Of a DNA stretch of 32,000 bases, positions 16,528-25,330 are shown in pieces; the first letter of the stretch is position 1; every line of letters begins with the position of its first letter. The notes below the pieces were generated by a model. The model saw only the letters and a program-made list of their open reading frames with translations, was not told where the DNA came from and did not search any database. Source of the DNA: Acidothermus cellulolyticus 11B (GTDB taxonomy: Bacteria; Actinomycetota; Actinomycetes; Acidothermales; Acidothermaceae); contig NC_008578.1 in assembly GCF_000015025.1 (NCBI RefSeq), positions 570,001 to 602,000 of the forward strand. Reading direction: 5' to 3'. The position numbers were made by a program, and so were the translations under genes.

Positions 16528-17423
16528 GCGGTGCGATCGGAGCGGACCTGGCCGGAGGAGCGATCCTTGGTGTAGACGCCGGAGGTTCGGGAACTCGGGC
16601 TGTTCTCGTTCGAAACGGAGCCGTCGTCGCCCGTTACGAGGACCGCCCGCTCAATGTGCTGCTGCATCCGGACGCGGTGAGTCGTCTCGTCGCGCTCATT
16701 CAAGGATCGCGGGCATCCGCGGCGGGACTCGGTCTCGCGGGGATCCGCGGCAGCCAGGAAGCCGAGAAATTGCGCGCCGTGTTGGCGGCGGAGACCGGCG
16801 TCACGGTAGCGGTCGCCGATGACACCGAGGCTGCCTTTCTCGGCGCGTTTCGCGGCGAACCGGGCATTATCGTTATTGCCGGCACGGGAAGCAACGCGTT
16901 CGGCCGCAACGGTTCCGGCAGGGTGGCGAGGGTCGGCGGACACGGATTCCTTCTTGGTGACGACGGCGGCGGGTACTGGATCGCCAATCGGGCGATCCGT
17001 GCCGCGTTGCATTCTTACGACGGCACCGGTCCCAAGTCGCCGGCCCTGGAAGCCGCGGTGCTCGCCGGCTTCGGCATGACTGACGACGGCTTTGACGGCG
17101 TCGTCCGGGTGGTGCACAGCGCTCCGGCCGATCGCCACGTGGTGGCGCGTCTCGCACCGGTCGTGATGGCCCTCGACGATCCCGTGGTCAGCGGCATTCT
17201 GGACGACGCCGCGGCGGCGCTGATTGCGATGGCGAACGCCCTCCGCGGCCGGTTGGGAGCCGACCTGCCGGTGGCGATGCACGGCGGGGTCTTCCAGAAT
17301 CCGCGGATCCGGGAACGCTTTGTCGCGGCGACCGGCGCCGTTGAACCGGCGGAAGCCCCAGAATTCGGCGCGATTCGGCTGGTCCTCGAAGTCGTACGTG
17401 GCAGGGGAGGGGTGTGGGCATGA
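16524..17423 (+). CDS. BadF/BadG/BcrA/BcrD-type ATPase, probable N-acetylglucosamine kinase
   Basis: GVDAGGSGTR, IAGTGSNAFG and GHGFLLGDDGGGYWI motifs. GTGA overlap with the permease stop. Confidence 0.8.
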   Translation: MSGAIGADLAGGAILGVDAGGSGTRAVLVRNGAVVARYEDRPLNVLLHPDAVSRLVALIQGSRASAAGLGLAGIRGSQEAEKLRAVLAAETGVTVAVADDTEAAFLGAFRGEPGIIVIAGTGSNAFGRNGSGRVARVGGHGFLLGDDGGGYWIANRAIRAALHSYDGTGPKSPALEAAVLAGFGMTDDGFDGVVRVVHSAPADRHVVARLAPVVMALDDPVVSGILDDAAAALIAMANALRGRLGADLPVAMHGGVFQNPRIRERFVAATGAVEPAEAPEFGAIRLVLEVVRGRGGVWA

Positions 17424-18457
17424 GCGAGGTACGGCCGGGCACCTTCATGGCGGCAGAAATTGCCGAGCAACCGCAGGTACTGGAACGTCTTTTGCGGGAC
17501 GGTTGGCCGGAGATTCGCCAGATTGCCGTCGCGATCCGCCGCCGGGCTCCGCGGTACGTCGTGCTCGCCGCGCGCGGCACCAGCGACCACGCCGCTCTCT
17601 ACGCGAAATACCTCATCGAGACGGTCCTCGGCCTGCCGGCAGCCTTGGCCGCACCGTCGACCATCACCGCGTATCGAGCACGGCCCGCGCTGCGCGATGT
17701 GCTCTACGTCGGGGTCAGCCAGTCGGGTGGCTCACCGGATTTGGTGACCTGCCTCGACGTTGCGCGGCAATGCGGCGCGACCACGTTAGCGGTCACGAAT
17801 ACCGCGATGTCGCCGCTCGCCGCGGTCGCCGAATTCCACCTCGACATTCTCGCCGGGCCCGAACGTGCCATCGCCGCGACGAAGACGTACACCGCGGAAC
17901 TCCTCACGCTCTACCTGCTTGTCGAAGCGCTTCGCGACGCCGACCCGGCGGCCGCCGGGAGCGTCATCGACGCGACAGCACAGGCTGTTGCCGCCGTCGA
18001 ACCGGTCCAGGCCGCCGCGGGCCGGTTGGTCGGCGCTGACCGCTTTGTCGTGACCGGCCGAGGATTCGGCTATCCGACAGCGCTGGAGGGTGCGCTGAAA
18101 CTCATGGAGACGTGCTACGTCGCCGCGCACGGCTTCTCGGCTGCGGATTTGATGCACGGGCCGGTGGCAATCGTTGAACGGCGGACACCGGTCATCGTGG
18201 TCTCACCCGGCGGCATGAGCACCGACCTCGTTCGTCCCGTCTTTGAGCGCCTGACGGAACTCGGAGCGGATCGCACCCTCATCGGCGGTGGTTGCGCGGC
18301 TCCGGATGCGATGGTGCCGTTGCCGGCCGTTGCCGAGGAATTGTCACCGGTCGTCAGCATCGTTCCGCTGCAGCTGCTTGCCCTCGAACTTGCACGGGCC
18401 CGCGGCGTTGACCCCGATCACCCCCGCGGCTTGAGCAAGGTAACGCAGACCTTCTGA
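17420..18457 (+). CDS. SIS-domain protein (GlmS isomerase-domain-like; probable GlcN-6-P deaminase/isomerase)
   Basis: Two SIS-like halves (AARGTSDHAA, GVSQSGGSPD, VTGRGFGYPTALEGALKL). ATGA overlap at 17420-17423. Confidence 0.8.
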   Translation: MSEVRPGTFMAAEIAEQPQVLERLLRDGWPEIRQIAVAIRRRAPRYVVLAARGTSDHAALYAKYLIETVLGLPAALAAPSTITAYRARPALRDVLYVGVSQSGGSPDLVTCLDVARQCGATTLAVTNTAMSPLAAVAEFHLDILAGPERAIAATKTYTAELLTLYLLVEALRDADPAAAGSVIDATAQAVAAVEPVQAAAGRLVGADRFVVTGRGFGYPTALEGALKLMETCYVAAHGFSAADLMHGPVAIVERRTPVIVVSPGGMSTDLVRPVFERLTELGADRTLIGGGCAAPDAMVPLPAVAEELSPVVSIVPLQLLALELARARGVDPDHPRGLSKVTQTF

Positions 18458-18502
18458 CGCCGCGCATCGACCGCAACAGGTCAGCATCCCGGCTGCGCGA
18501 AA

Positions 18503-19687
18503 TCAGATGACGCTTGGTGCGCGGTACACCTCTTGCCCGTTGACCCATGTCTGCAGCGGCGTGAACTCATCGCTCCACCAGACGAGATCCGCGCTGACGC
18601 CGGGTGCGAGCCGACCCAGATCCGTGCGGCCCAGAACGTCGGCCGGCGTGGTCGTTGCCGCACGGAGGACCTCCTCCGCTGGACGACCCAGGCCGATCAG
18701 GTTGCGGACGTGCTGGTCGAGAAAGGTCGCCGCACCGGCGATCGTGCCGTCGAAATTCCGGGCCAACGGGTCACCGGGGGCCAGCCGAATCGGCCGTCCG
18801 CCAAGGGTGTACGTGCCCGGCGGCATGCCGGCCGGTGCGACGGCGTCCGTCACGAGACAGACCCGACCCGGTGCCGCGGTGAGCACCAGCGCGCAAATTT
18901 GCGGCGCAACGTGATGGAAGTCCGCAATGAGGCCGACGGCCAGCCGGGGCTCGACGAGAGCCTGCCCGGCGACGCCCGGTTCCCGGTGGGAAATGCCGCG
19001 TTGCGCGTTGAAAATGTGGGTCACCATCCGGGCGCCGGCGTCCACCGCCTGCTGGACCTGATGGGCCAACGCGTCGGAGTGTCCAATCGCCACCCGGATC
19101 CCGGCCGCTGTCAGCCGCGCAATTGCGGGCAGTGCCTCGGGCAGTTCCGGTGCAAGAGTGATCATCGTGATCGTCGATTGCTCGGCCAGCAGCGGTTCGA
19201 GGTTCTCGGGGGTGGGGTGGCACATGTGGCGCGGATCGTGCACACCCGGACGCTCCGGAGAGATGAACGGGCCCTCGACGTGCATGCCGACCGGCTTGGC
19301 GCCCGCGCCGTCCAGCTTCGGACGCACCTCGGCGAAACGCCGGATGGCCGAAACGAGCTGGGGGATCGGGCCGGTGATGATCGTTGGTTGGAAGGCCGTG
19401 ACGCCGTGGGCGGGCAGGGCCGCGCAGACCGCCTGCCATTCCGCCGGCGTTGCGGCGGCGAAATCCACCCCAAGACAACCGTTGATCTGCAGGTCGATCA
19501 GGCCGGGACTGAGCACGCCGTCCGGAAGCGCGACGTGACGCCGCCCGGGCGCCGGCCGGCCTTCGATCACCTCGATGATCAGCCCATCTTCGACAACGAC
19601 CGCACCGGGGCCGGTCAATCGAGTGCCAACCAGCAGGCGCGGCGCAGAAATGATGGTCACGTCGTCCTCACCGATCGTCATGGGCAC
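18503..19687 (-). CDS. nagA: N-acetylglucosamine-6-phosphate deacetylase
   Basis: 394 aa. PGLIDLQINGCLGVDF, HVEGPFISP, IGHSDA and THIFNA motifs of NagA amidohydrolases. Confidence 0.9.
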   Translation of the reverse strand: MPMTIGEDDVTIISAPRLLVGTRLTGPGAVVVEDGLIIEVIEGRPAPGRRHVALPDGVLSPGLIDLQINGCLGVDFAAATPAEWQAVCAALPAHGVTAFQPTIITGPIPQLVSAIRRFAEVRPKLDGAGAKPVGMHVEGPFISPERPGVHDPRHMCHPTPENLEPLLAEQSTITMITLAPELPEALPAIARLTAAGIRVAIGHSDALAHQVQQAVDAGARMVTHIFNAQRGISHREPGVAGQALVEPRLAVGLIADFHHVAPQICALVLTAAPGRVCLVTDAVAPAGMPPGTYTLGGRPIRLAPGDPLARNFDGTIAGAATFLDQHVRNLIGLGRPAEEVLRAATTTPADVLGRTDLGRLAPGVSADLVWWSDEFTPLQTWVNGQEVYRAPSVI

Positions 19688-19785
19688 GGAGTGTCAGCCC
19701 GGGGTCGCCGGTGGTGCGACCCCGTCCACGTCGTCCCCGCCGTGCGGTGAGTTCGGGACGCGCGTCGACACCAACCGCTTGTGAT

Positions 19786-19843
19786 TGTGGACTAGACCAA
19801 TGCTCGCTGTCCAGCGCCTGGCGCGAAATTGGTCCAGACCATA
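19786..19843. promoter_or_regulatory. Two dre boxes upstream of nagA (shared region with msiK)
   Basis: TGTGGACTAGACCAAT (19786-19801) and ATTGGTCCAGACCATA (19828-19843). Each core is 11/12 to TGGTCTAGACCA. They lie 100-155 nt upstream of the nagA ATG. Confidence 0.65.
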
Positions 19844-20077
19844 CCGTACTGTTATGACCGCGTCTGCATCCCGACCGCCGCCCCCAACCCGCCGGCTTCC
19901 CGGCCACCGCCCAGGGCGGCCCGGCCTCCGCCGCCGCCGACCCGCCGGCATCCCGGCCAGTGCCGGTTCCTTGCGCGGCAATGGCCCACCTCCTGCCGCC
20001 TGGTGTGGCTCGTGATCGTCCACCCGAGTCCATGACCCGCGACCTGCCGCCAGTCCGACAATTGATGGAAAAGCCTC

Positions 20078-20106
20078 TTGCGCATGCGTTAACAACGCCG
20101 TAGCAT
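20078..20106 (+). promoter_or_regulatory. Candidate housekeeping-type promoter of msiK
   Basis: TTGCGC (20078-20083), 17-nt spacer, TAGCAT (20101-20106), about 60 nt upstream of the ATG. Confidence 0.3.
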
Positions 20107-20167
20107 CAGCCCAACTGGTCGGTACGGTCGGCCGCCCGATACATCGAATACCCGCAGGAGTTGTGCC

Positions 20168-21250
20168 ATGGCCAAGGTCGTCTTCGAGAAAGCCACCCGC
20201 ATCTACCCCGGAACGCAGACCCCCGCTGTGTCCTCTCTCGATCTAGAGATCGAGGACGGCGAATTCATGGTTTTGGTCGGGCCTTCCGGGTCAGGGAAGA
20301 CGACCGCGCTGCGGATGCTCGCCGGCTTGGAGGCTGTCGACGAGGGGCGGATTTACATTGGCGATCGCGACGTGACCGACGTCCAGCCGAAGGACCGCGA
20401 CATCGCGATGGTGTTTCAGAATTACGCGCTCTACCCCCACATGACGGTCGCTGAGAACATCGGGTTCCACCTGAAGATCAAGAAGCGGCCGAAGGCAGAG
20501 ATCAGGCAGCGCGTTCTTGAGGCCGCGCGTCTCTTGGACCTCGAACCGTATCTGGACCGCAAGCCCGCCCGTCTCTCCGGTGGCCAGAGGCAGCGGGTCG
20601 CGATGGGTCGGGCGATCGTCCGGCAACCCCAGGTCTTCTTGATGGACGAGCCGCTCTCCAACCTTGACGCAAAGCTCCGGGTGGCGACCCGTACACAGAT
20701 CGCTTCCTTGCAGCGCCGGCTGGGCGTCACCACCGTGTACGTGACCCACGACCAGGTCGAAGCGATGACGATGGGTGACCGCGTCGCGGTGCTCCGCGAC
20801 GGCCTGCTCCAGCAGTGCGACACACCGCGGGTGCTCTTCGACCGGCCGGTCAACGTCTTCGTCGCCGGCTTCATCGGCAGTCCGGCGATGAACCTCATCG
20901 ACGTACCGGTTACCGAAGCCGGTGCGCAGTTCGCCAACCGCACGGTGCCGCTCACGCCGACGCAGCGGGCGGCTCTCACCGGCAACAGCGTCACCCTTGG
21001 TGTCCGGCCGGAAGGCTGGGAGATCGTCTCACCCACCGAAGGAGTGCGGGGCGTGGTCGAGCTCGTTGAGGAGCTCGGCTCCGACTCCTACGCGTATGTC
21101 ACGCCTGAGTACGACCCGAACCGGACGATCATCGTCCGGCCTACGGGTGGTACGGCGACGCCGCACAAGGGCGATCAGATCGGCCTGACGCCGCGGCCGC
21201 ACGCGGTGCACCTCTTCGACACGGCCACGGGGCTTCGCCTGCCTGATTAA
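20168..21250 (+). CDS. msiK: Multiple-sugar ABC transporter ATP-binding protein (MsiK/MalK/UgpC type)
   Basis: 360 aa. Walker A GPSGSGKTT, Q-loop, LSGGQRQRVA signature, Walker B FLMDEPLSNLD, and a C-terminal regulatory domain. AGGAG SD. Confidence 0.9.
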   Translation: MAKVVFEKATRIYPGTQTPAVSSLDLEIEDGEFMVLVGPSGSGKTTALRMLAGLEAVDEGRIYIGDRDVTDVQPKDRDIAMVFQNYALYPHMTVAENIGFHLKIKKRPKAEIRQRVLEAARLLDLEPYLDRKPARLSGGQRQRVAMGRAIVRQPQVFLMDEPLSNLDAKLRVATRTQIASLQRRLGVTTVYVTHDQVEAMTMGDRVAVLRDGLLQQCDTPRVLFDRPVNVFVAGFIGSPAMNLIDVPVTEAGAQFANRTVPLTPTQRAALTGNSVTLGVRPEGWEIVSPTEGVRGVVELVEELGSDSYAYVTPEYDPNRTIIVRPTGGTATPHKGDQIGLTPRPHAVHLFDTATGLRLPD

Positions 21251-21356
21251 GCCGGGTCCCATACTGAGCGCAGCGAACCACTCGACGTTCCGAGCGGAGC
21301 TACCCGCCCTCGCACCTGTGGGCCGCCGAGCGGGACAGCGGAAGGGGTAGCGTTCG

Positions 21357-22829
21357 GTGGCTGACCTGGCTGACGTCCTCCGTCGTCACACGGCTCTCGA
21401 TGACGCGGACGTCGAGTGGTTGCACCTCCTCGTCGCGGAGTGGCAGCTCCTGGCCGACCTCTCCTTCGCCGACCTGCTGCTCTGGGTTCCGACGGCCGCC
21501 GGCCGGGGCTTTGTTGCCGCGGCCCAGATTCGGCCGGTCACCTCGCAGACCGCCTATGTGGAAGACAAGGTCGGTGAGGTGATTCCCGAGGGACGACGTC
21601 CGCTTGTCGACCGCGCCTGGCAGGAGGGTCGGATCGTCCGCGAAGGAGATCCGGAGTGGGGGAGCGGGATTCCGGTGCGGGAAGAGGCATTTCCCGTCCG
21701 GCACGCCGACCGGGTCATCGCGGTCGTTGCGCGGCACACCAACCTGGCTGCCGCCCGGACCCCAAGCCGCCTTGAGCTGACGTACCTGGCGTCTGCCGCC
21801 GACCTCGCGACCATGGTCGCGGAGGGCCGGTTTCCGTTCCCGGGGAGCCAGGTCGACTCAGACAGCTCGCCGCGGGCCGGTGACGGACTCATCCGCCTTG
21901 ATCCGGAGGGTCGGGTCGATTACGCCAGCCCGAACGCCGTCTCGGCGTACCGGCGGCTTGGGCACACGGGCGATCTGGTCGGCGTCCATCTCGGGGAGAC
22001 GACAGCGCGGCTTGCCCGGCCGGTGGATCTGCTGGACGAACCGGTTGCCTGGCTAGTCAGTGGTCTCGGCGGCCGGGATGCGGAGGTCGAGATCGAGGCG
22101 CAGGGCGCGGTCGTACGGCTTCGATCCATTCCGCTGCTCCCAGGCGGCAAGCGGGTCGGCACCCTGGTCCTGCTTCGCGACGTCACCGAGTTGCGACGTC
22201 GGGAGCGCGCCCTGGTCAGCAAGGATGCCACGATCCGCGAAATTCACCATCGTGTGAAGAACAACCTGCAAACGGTGGCCGCGCTCTTGCGGCTCCAAGC
22301 CCGGCGGCTGGCGGTCCCGGAGGCGCAAGCGGCTCTGGAGGAGGCGGTACGCCGGGTGCGGGCGATCGCCCTCGTGCATGAGACGTTGTCGCATACCCTC
22401 GACGGCCCGGTGAACTTCGATGAGGTGGCAGATCAGCTGCTTGCGATGGTCCGGGACGTCGGCACTGCGGAAGGTGCTGCCTCCGCTGATGTTCGGCGTG
22501 CGGGGTCCTTTGGCCTCCTGCCGGCGGCTCTCGCGACGCCGTTGGCGATGGTTCTCGTCGAACTGCTGCAGAACGCGATGGAACACGGCCGAGGCAGTGT
22601 CGTCGAGGTTCGCGCGGCGCAGCACGGCCGCACGTTGGAGGTCGTCGTCGCCGATGACGGCCCGGGACTGCCGCCGGGATTCTCGCTGGCCCGATCGTCC
22701 AGGCTCGGACTGCAGATTGTCCGCACTCTGGTCGAAGGCGACCTGCATGGGGTCTTCGAGTTGCGGCCGCGCGACAGCCGCGGCACTCTCGCGATCGCCC
22801 GTATCGGGCTTCCAGCGACGCCGGGATAG
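21357..22829 (+). CDS. pdtaS: PdtaS-type soluble sensor histidine kinase (GAF-PAS-HisKA_2-HATPase)
   Basis: N-terminus EWQLLADLSFADLLLWVP, as in Mtb PdtaS. H-box IREIHHRVKNNLQTVAALLRLQ. C-terminal ATPase motifs. Adjacent to whiB1, as in Mtb. Confidence 0.85.
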   Translation: MADLADVLRRHTALDDADVEWLHLLVAEWQLLADLSFADLLLWVPTAAGRGFVAAAQIRPVTSQTAYVEDKVGEVIPEGRRPLVDRAWQEGRIVREGDPEWGSGIPVREEAFPVRHADRVIAVVARHTNLAAARTPSRLELTYLASAADLATMVAEGRFPFPGSQVDSDSSPRAGDGLIRLDPEGRVDYASPNAVSAYRRLGHTGDLVGVHLGETTARLARPVDLLDEPVAWLVSGLGGRDAEVEIEAQGAVVRLRSIPLLPGGKRVGTLVLLRDVTELRRRERALVSKDATIREIHHRVKNNLQTVAALLRLQARRLAVPEAQAALEEAVRRVRAIALVHETLSHTLDGPVNFDEVADQLLAMVRDVGTAEGAASADVRRAGSFGLLPAALATPLAMVLVELLQNAMEHGRGSVVEVRAAQHGRTLEVVVADDGPGLPPGFSLARSSRLGLQIVRTLVEGDLHGVFELRPRDSRGTLAIARIGLPATPG

Positions 22830-22845
22830 CTTCGCGTGAACCGGC

Positions 22846-23097
22846 TCAGACCGTCTGTGGCCGAAGACGCGCGTTCCGCCGCTTCAAAGCGCGGCGTTCC
22901 TCCTCTGTGAGGCCGCCCCAGATTCCCGCGTCTTGACCTGTCTCCAGGGCCCAGTTCAGGCACTCCGTGCGGACCGGGCAGCGCCGACACACCGCCTTGG
23001 CCTGTTCGATCTGCAGCAGGGCGGGCCCTGTCGTGCCAATAGGGAAGAAGAGCTCCGGGTCCTCGTCACGGCAGGCAGCGCGGTGGCGCCAGTCCAT
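22846..23097 (-). CDS. whiB1: WhiB-family Fe-S transcription factor, WhiB1/WblE orthologue
   Basis: ORF trimmed to ATG 23097, giving MDWRHRAACRDEDPELFFP...C..CPV..ECL.WAL....GIWGG..E.ERRALKRRN. This is close to Mtb WhiB1. 83 aa. Confidence 0.9.
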   Translation of the reverse strand: MDWRHRAACRDEDPELFFPIGTTGPALLQIEQAKAVCRRCPVRTECLNWALETGQDAGIWGGLTEEERRALKRRNARLRPQTV

Positions 23098-23237
23098 CGG
23101 GTCCACTCCTCGAATCACTCCGCAGGGCGGTAGCTCTGCGCTCTCGTCAGCTCGTTGTCGCGTTACGTCGTGCCGGCGTCACGATGCGCTGTCGGTTCGC
23201 ATGACACCGCCTGCCACCTTACCGGAGAACCGGCAGC

Positions 23238-23255
23238 TTGTGAATAGTTTCACGA
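23238..23255. promoter_or_regulatory. Rex-operator / CRP-type box TTGTGAATAGTTTCACGA upstream of whiB1
   Basis: TTGTGAA-N4-TTCACgA (Rex ROP consensus TTGTGAA-N4-TTCACAA). Equally readable as TGTGA-N6-TCACg (CRP). About 150 nt upstream of the whiB1 ATG. Confidence 0.5.
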
Positions 23256-23362
23256 GCGGTGTCCGTCACAAGGTCGGCTGGTCGGCGCAACGGCGTCACG
23301 TGATGGTTGACGCCCGAGAGTCAGCCGGAGTTTCGGCGCGCAGGTCGACGGTCGCGAGCACG

Positions 23363-24391
23363 TCAGCGGGGTGCCGCGATCACGGACAGGGCGGACGGGA
23401 CAGCGATCAGCTCCGCGGAGCGGACGACGCCGAGGTACTCCCCGTCGGCATGCGCCGGGGCAGCCGGTTCGGCGGCGACGCTGACGAGGTCGAGGTCGTG
23501 GGCTCGCCACGTCCGGGCGGGATTGAGGCGGCGTCCGGTGAGCAGCCGTAGCGCCGTTGTGATCGTCGGCACGATGCGCGGAGTGCGCAGGCCGAACACG
23601 TCGAGGCCGGTGTCGAACGAAGCGTCCGGGGTTGGTGCCAAGGGAATCGGGCCGAGGTAGGTCCACGGGGTCGTATTGGTGATGACCAGCAACTGGTGCG
23701 CGATCGCAGGTTCCGGATGAGTCGCGCCACCCGGTGTCGCGCTGGCGCCCGCGACTCTGGCATCGGGGGCGGCTCGGGTGTACACGAGGAAACGACCACC
23801 AGGATGCCGGGGGCCGAGCGCGGCAATGGTCTGGGCGACGTACTGCGCCGAGTCGGCCCGCCGACCGGCTGCGCGTAACTGCGCGATGCGTCGGACGACG
23901 TCGGCGTCCAACCCGAACCCGGCGGAGAACGTGAACCACCGCGCCGAAGACGCGGGGTCGGTCACGTGCAGAACGCCAAGACTGATCCGGCGTCGATGAC
24001 CGGCGGCCAGCCACTGTCGGAGCATGCGCGCGGCCCGCCGCGGTTGGTTGGGGAGGCCGAGGGCGCGGGCGAAGACGTTCGCGTTCCCGGCGGGCAGGAT
24101 CGCCAGCGCCGGGGTGCGTTCCGGCGGGGACCATGTCGCTGCTTCGGCGGCGGACGGCGGTGTGCCGAGCAGACCGTGGACGGTTTCGTTCGCGGTGCCG
24201 TCGCCGCCGATCGTGATGACGAGGTCGTAATCCTCAACCACTGCTTTCGCGGCCAATTCGACCGCGTGACCCGGACGGCTTGTCTCGGCGACCTCGATGG
24301 CGGCGACCGTGCTGAGCAAGTTGATGAGATCACCTCGTCGCAGCCGGCGCATGCCGGTGGCCGCCGGATTGACGAGAATCAGCGCTCGCAT
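23363..24391 (-). CDS. Diacylglycerol-kinase-like (DAGK_cat/LCB5 family) lipid kinase
   Basis: ORF 23363..24688 trimmed to ATG 24391 (MRALILVNPAA...). GGDGT motif (ITIGGDGTANE), LAILPAGNANVFAR. Same position as Rv3218 next to whiB1, from memory. No clear SD. Confidence 0.75.
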   Translation of the reverse strand: MRALILVNPAATGMRRLRRGDLINLLSTVAAIEVAETSRPGHAVELAAKAVVEDYDLVITIGGDGTANETVHGLLGTPPSAAEAATWSPPERTPALAILPAGNANVFARALGLPNQPRRAARMLRQWLAAGHRRRISLGVLHVTDPASSARWFTFSAGFGLDADVVRRIAQLRAAGRRADSAQYVAQTIAALGPRHPGGRFLVYTRAAPDARVAGASATPGGATHPEPAIAHQLLVITNTTPWTYLGPIPLAPTPDASFDTGLDVFGLRTPRIVPTITTALRLLTGRRLNPARTWRAHDLDLVSVAAEPAAPAHADGEYLGVVRSAELIAVPSALSVIAAPR

Positions 24392-25239
24392 GGCGGTGCC
24401 TGGGCCGGTGGTTCGAGCGGTATCTGGGCCGGTGGTTCGAGCGGCGTCTGGAGGGCCCGCGCTTGGGCGGCGAGGAGCCGTTGCCGGTAGGCACGGAAGA
24501 TCGTCGCTGGGTCGCGGTCGGTGTCCGGGCCCTGACCGGGTGCCGCGGCGTCGAGGCGCGCGGTGGGTGCAACGAAGGTGGGCAGCGTGACGCCCGAGTC
24601 GGACAGTCGTGCCGCCGTCCGGGTCAGGAGTTCGTGGGTGATCGCGCACGTGACGACGGTGGAGGCGGCTCCGAGCGGCGCATGCCACCCGGGGATCGCC
24701 ACGATGGCGTCAGCGCGCGGCACCCCGGTGTCCAGGACGTAGTCGCAGATCTCGGCCAGCCGCCGGCCGCTCGAGTGCGTGGCCGGGAGGTCGGCGTTGG
24801 CCAGCGACGTGACGGCTACCGTGACGAGACCCCGCTCGGCGGCGTACTGGGCGGTCTCGATGGCCGCAGCATTGCGTCCGCTGTGCGAGTAGACGAGCAG
24901 GACATCGCCGGCGTTGAGCGGTTGGTGGGCGAGGTAGTTCTCGATGTAGTGCTCCGCCCGCTCGAGCCAGAGCAGTTCCGGCACCCCGCCGGGGCCGGTG
25001 ACCGTGTGCCAGAGCAATCGCGGATCTGTCAGCGGATGCAGGCCGACGTAGCTGCCGTACCGCGGGAAGGCGTCGAGGGCGGGCAGCGCCGAATGTCCGC
25101 TGCCGAAAAGGTGGATCAGCCCTCCCTCCTGGAGGGTTGTTGCGCACTGATCGGCGACCGTGTCGAGGACGTCGTCAAGACGCGCGGCGGCCGCGGCGAG
25201 CAGTTCGCTCACCCCGCGCAGGTAGCCGCTGGTCGCCAC
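24379..25239 (-). CDS. SIS-domain sugar-isomerase-like protein
   Basis: ORF 24379..25377 trimmed to GTG 25239 after GGAGGAG. IHLFGSGHS and LLVYSHSGRNAAAIE motifs. Its 3-prime end overlaps the DAGK start by 13 nt. Confidence 0.75.
   Translation of the reverse strand: MATSGYLRGVSELLAAAAARLDDVLDTVADQCATTLQEGGLIHLFGSGHSALPALDAFPRYGSYVGLHPLTDPRLLWHTVTGPGGVPELLWLERAEHYIENYLAHQPLNAGDVLLVYSHSGRNAAAIETAQYAAERGLVTVAVTSLANADLPATHSSGRRLAEICDYVLDTGVPRADAIVAIPGWHAPLGAASTVVTCAITHELLTRTAARLSDSGVTLPTFVAPTARLDAAAPGQGPDTDRDPATIFRAYRQRLLAAQARALQTPLEPPAQIPLEPPAQAPPCER
24401..24448. repeat. 24-bp tandem duplication at the 3-prime end of the SIS gene, just upstream of the DAGK start
   Basis: tgggccggtggttcgagcggtatc / tgggccggtggttcgagcggcgtc (22/24). 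Encodes PLEPPAQI-PLEPPAQA on the minus strand. Confidence 0.8.
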
Positions 25240-25330
25240 CGGGCTCTCCTCCGTCCTGTCGTTGCGATTATCGCGGCAGAGGTGGGTGTCTCGCTGCGCT
25301 CGGTCGATCCGCGGCTGGCGGTCGGCCGCC

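Noticed and set aside
14000-19750. Long antisense ORFs 14000..14938(-), 16128..17282(-) and 18533..19750(+)
   Set aside because: Each lies opposite a gene with strong family motifs (SBP/permease, kinase, NagA). Composition is typical of GC-driven open frames.
20114-20129. Possible dre box ACTGGTCGGTACGGTC in the msiK leader
   Set aside because: Only the left half (ACTGGTC) matches and the right half does not. Much weaker than the four boxes reported.
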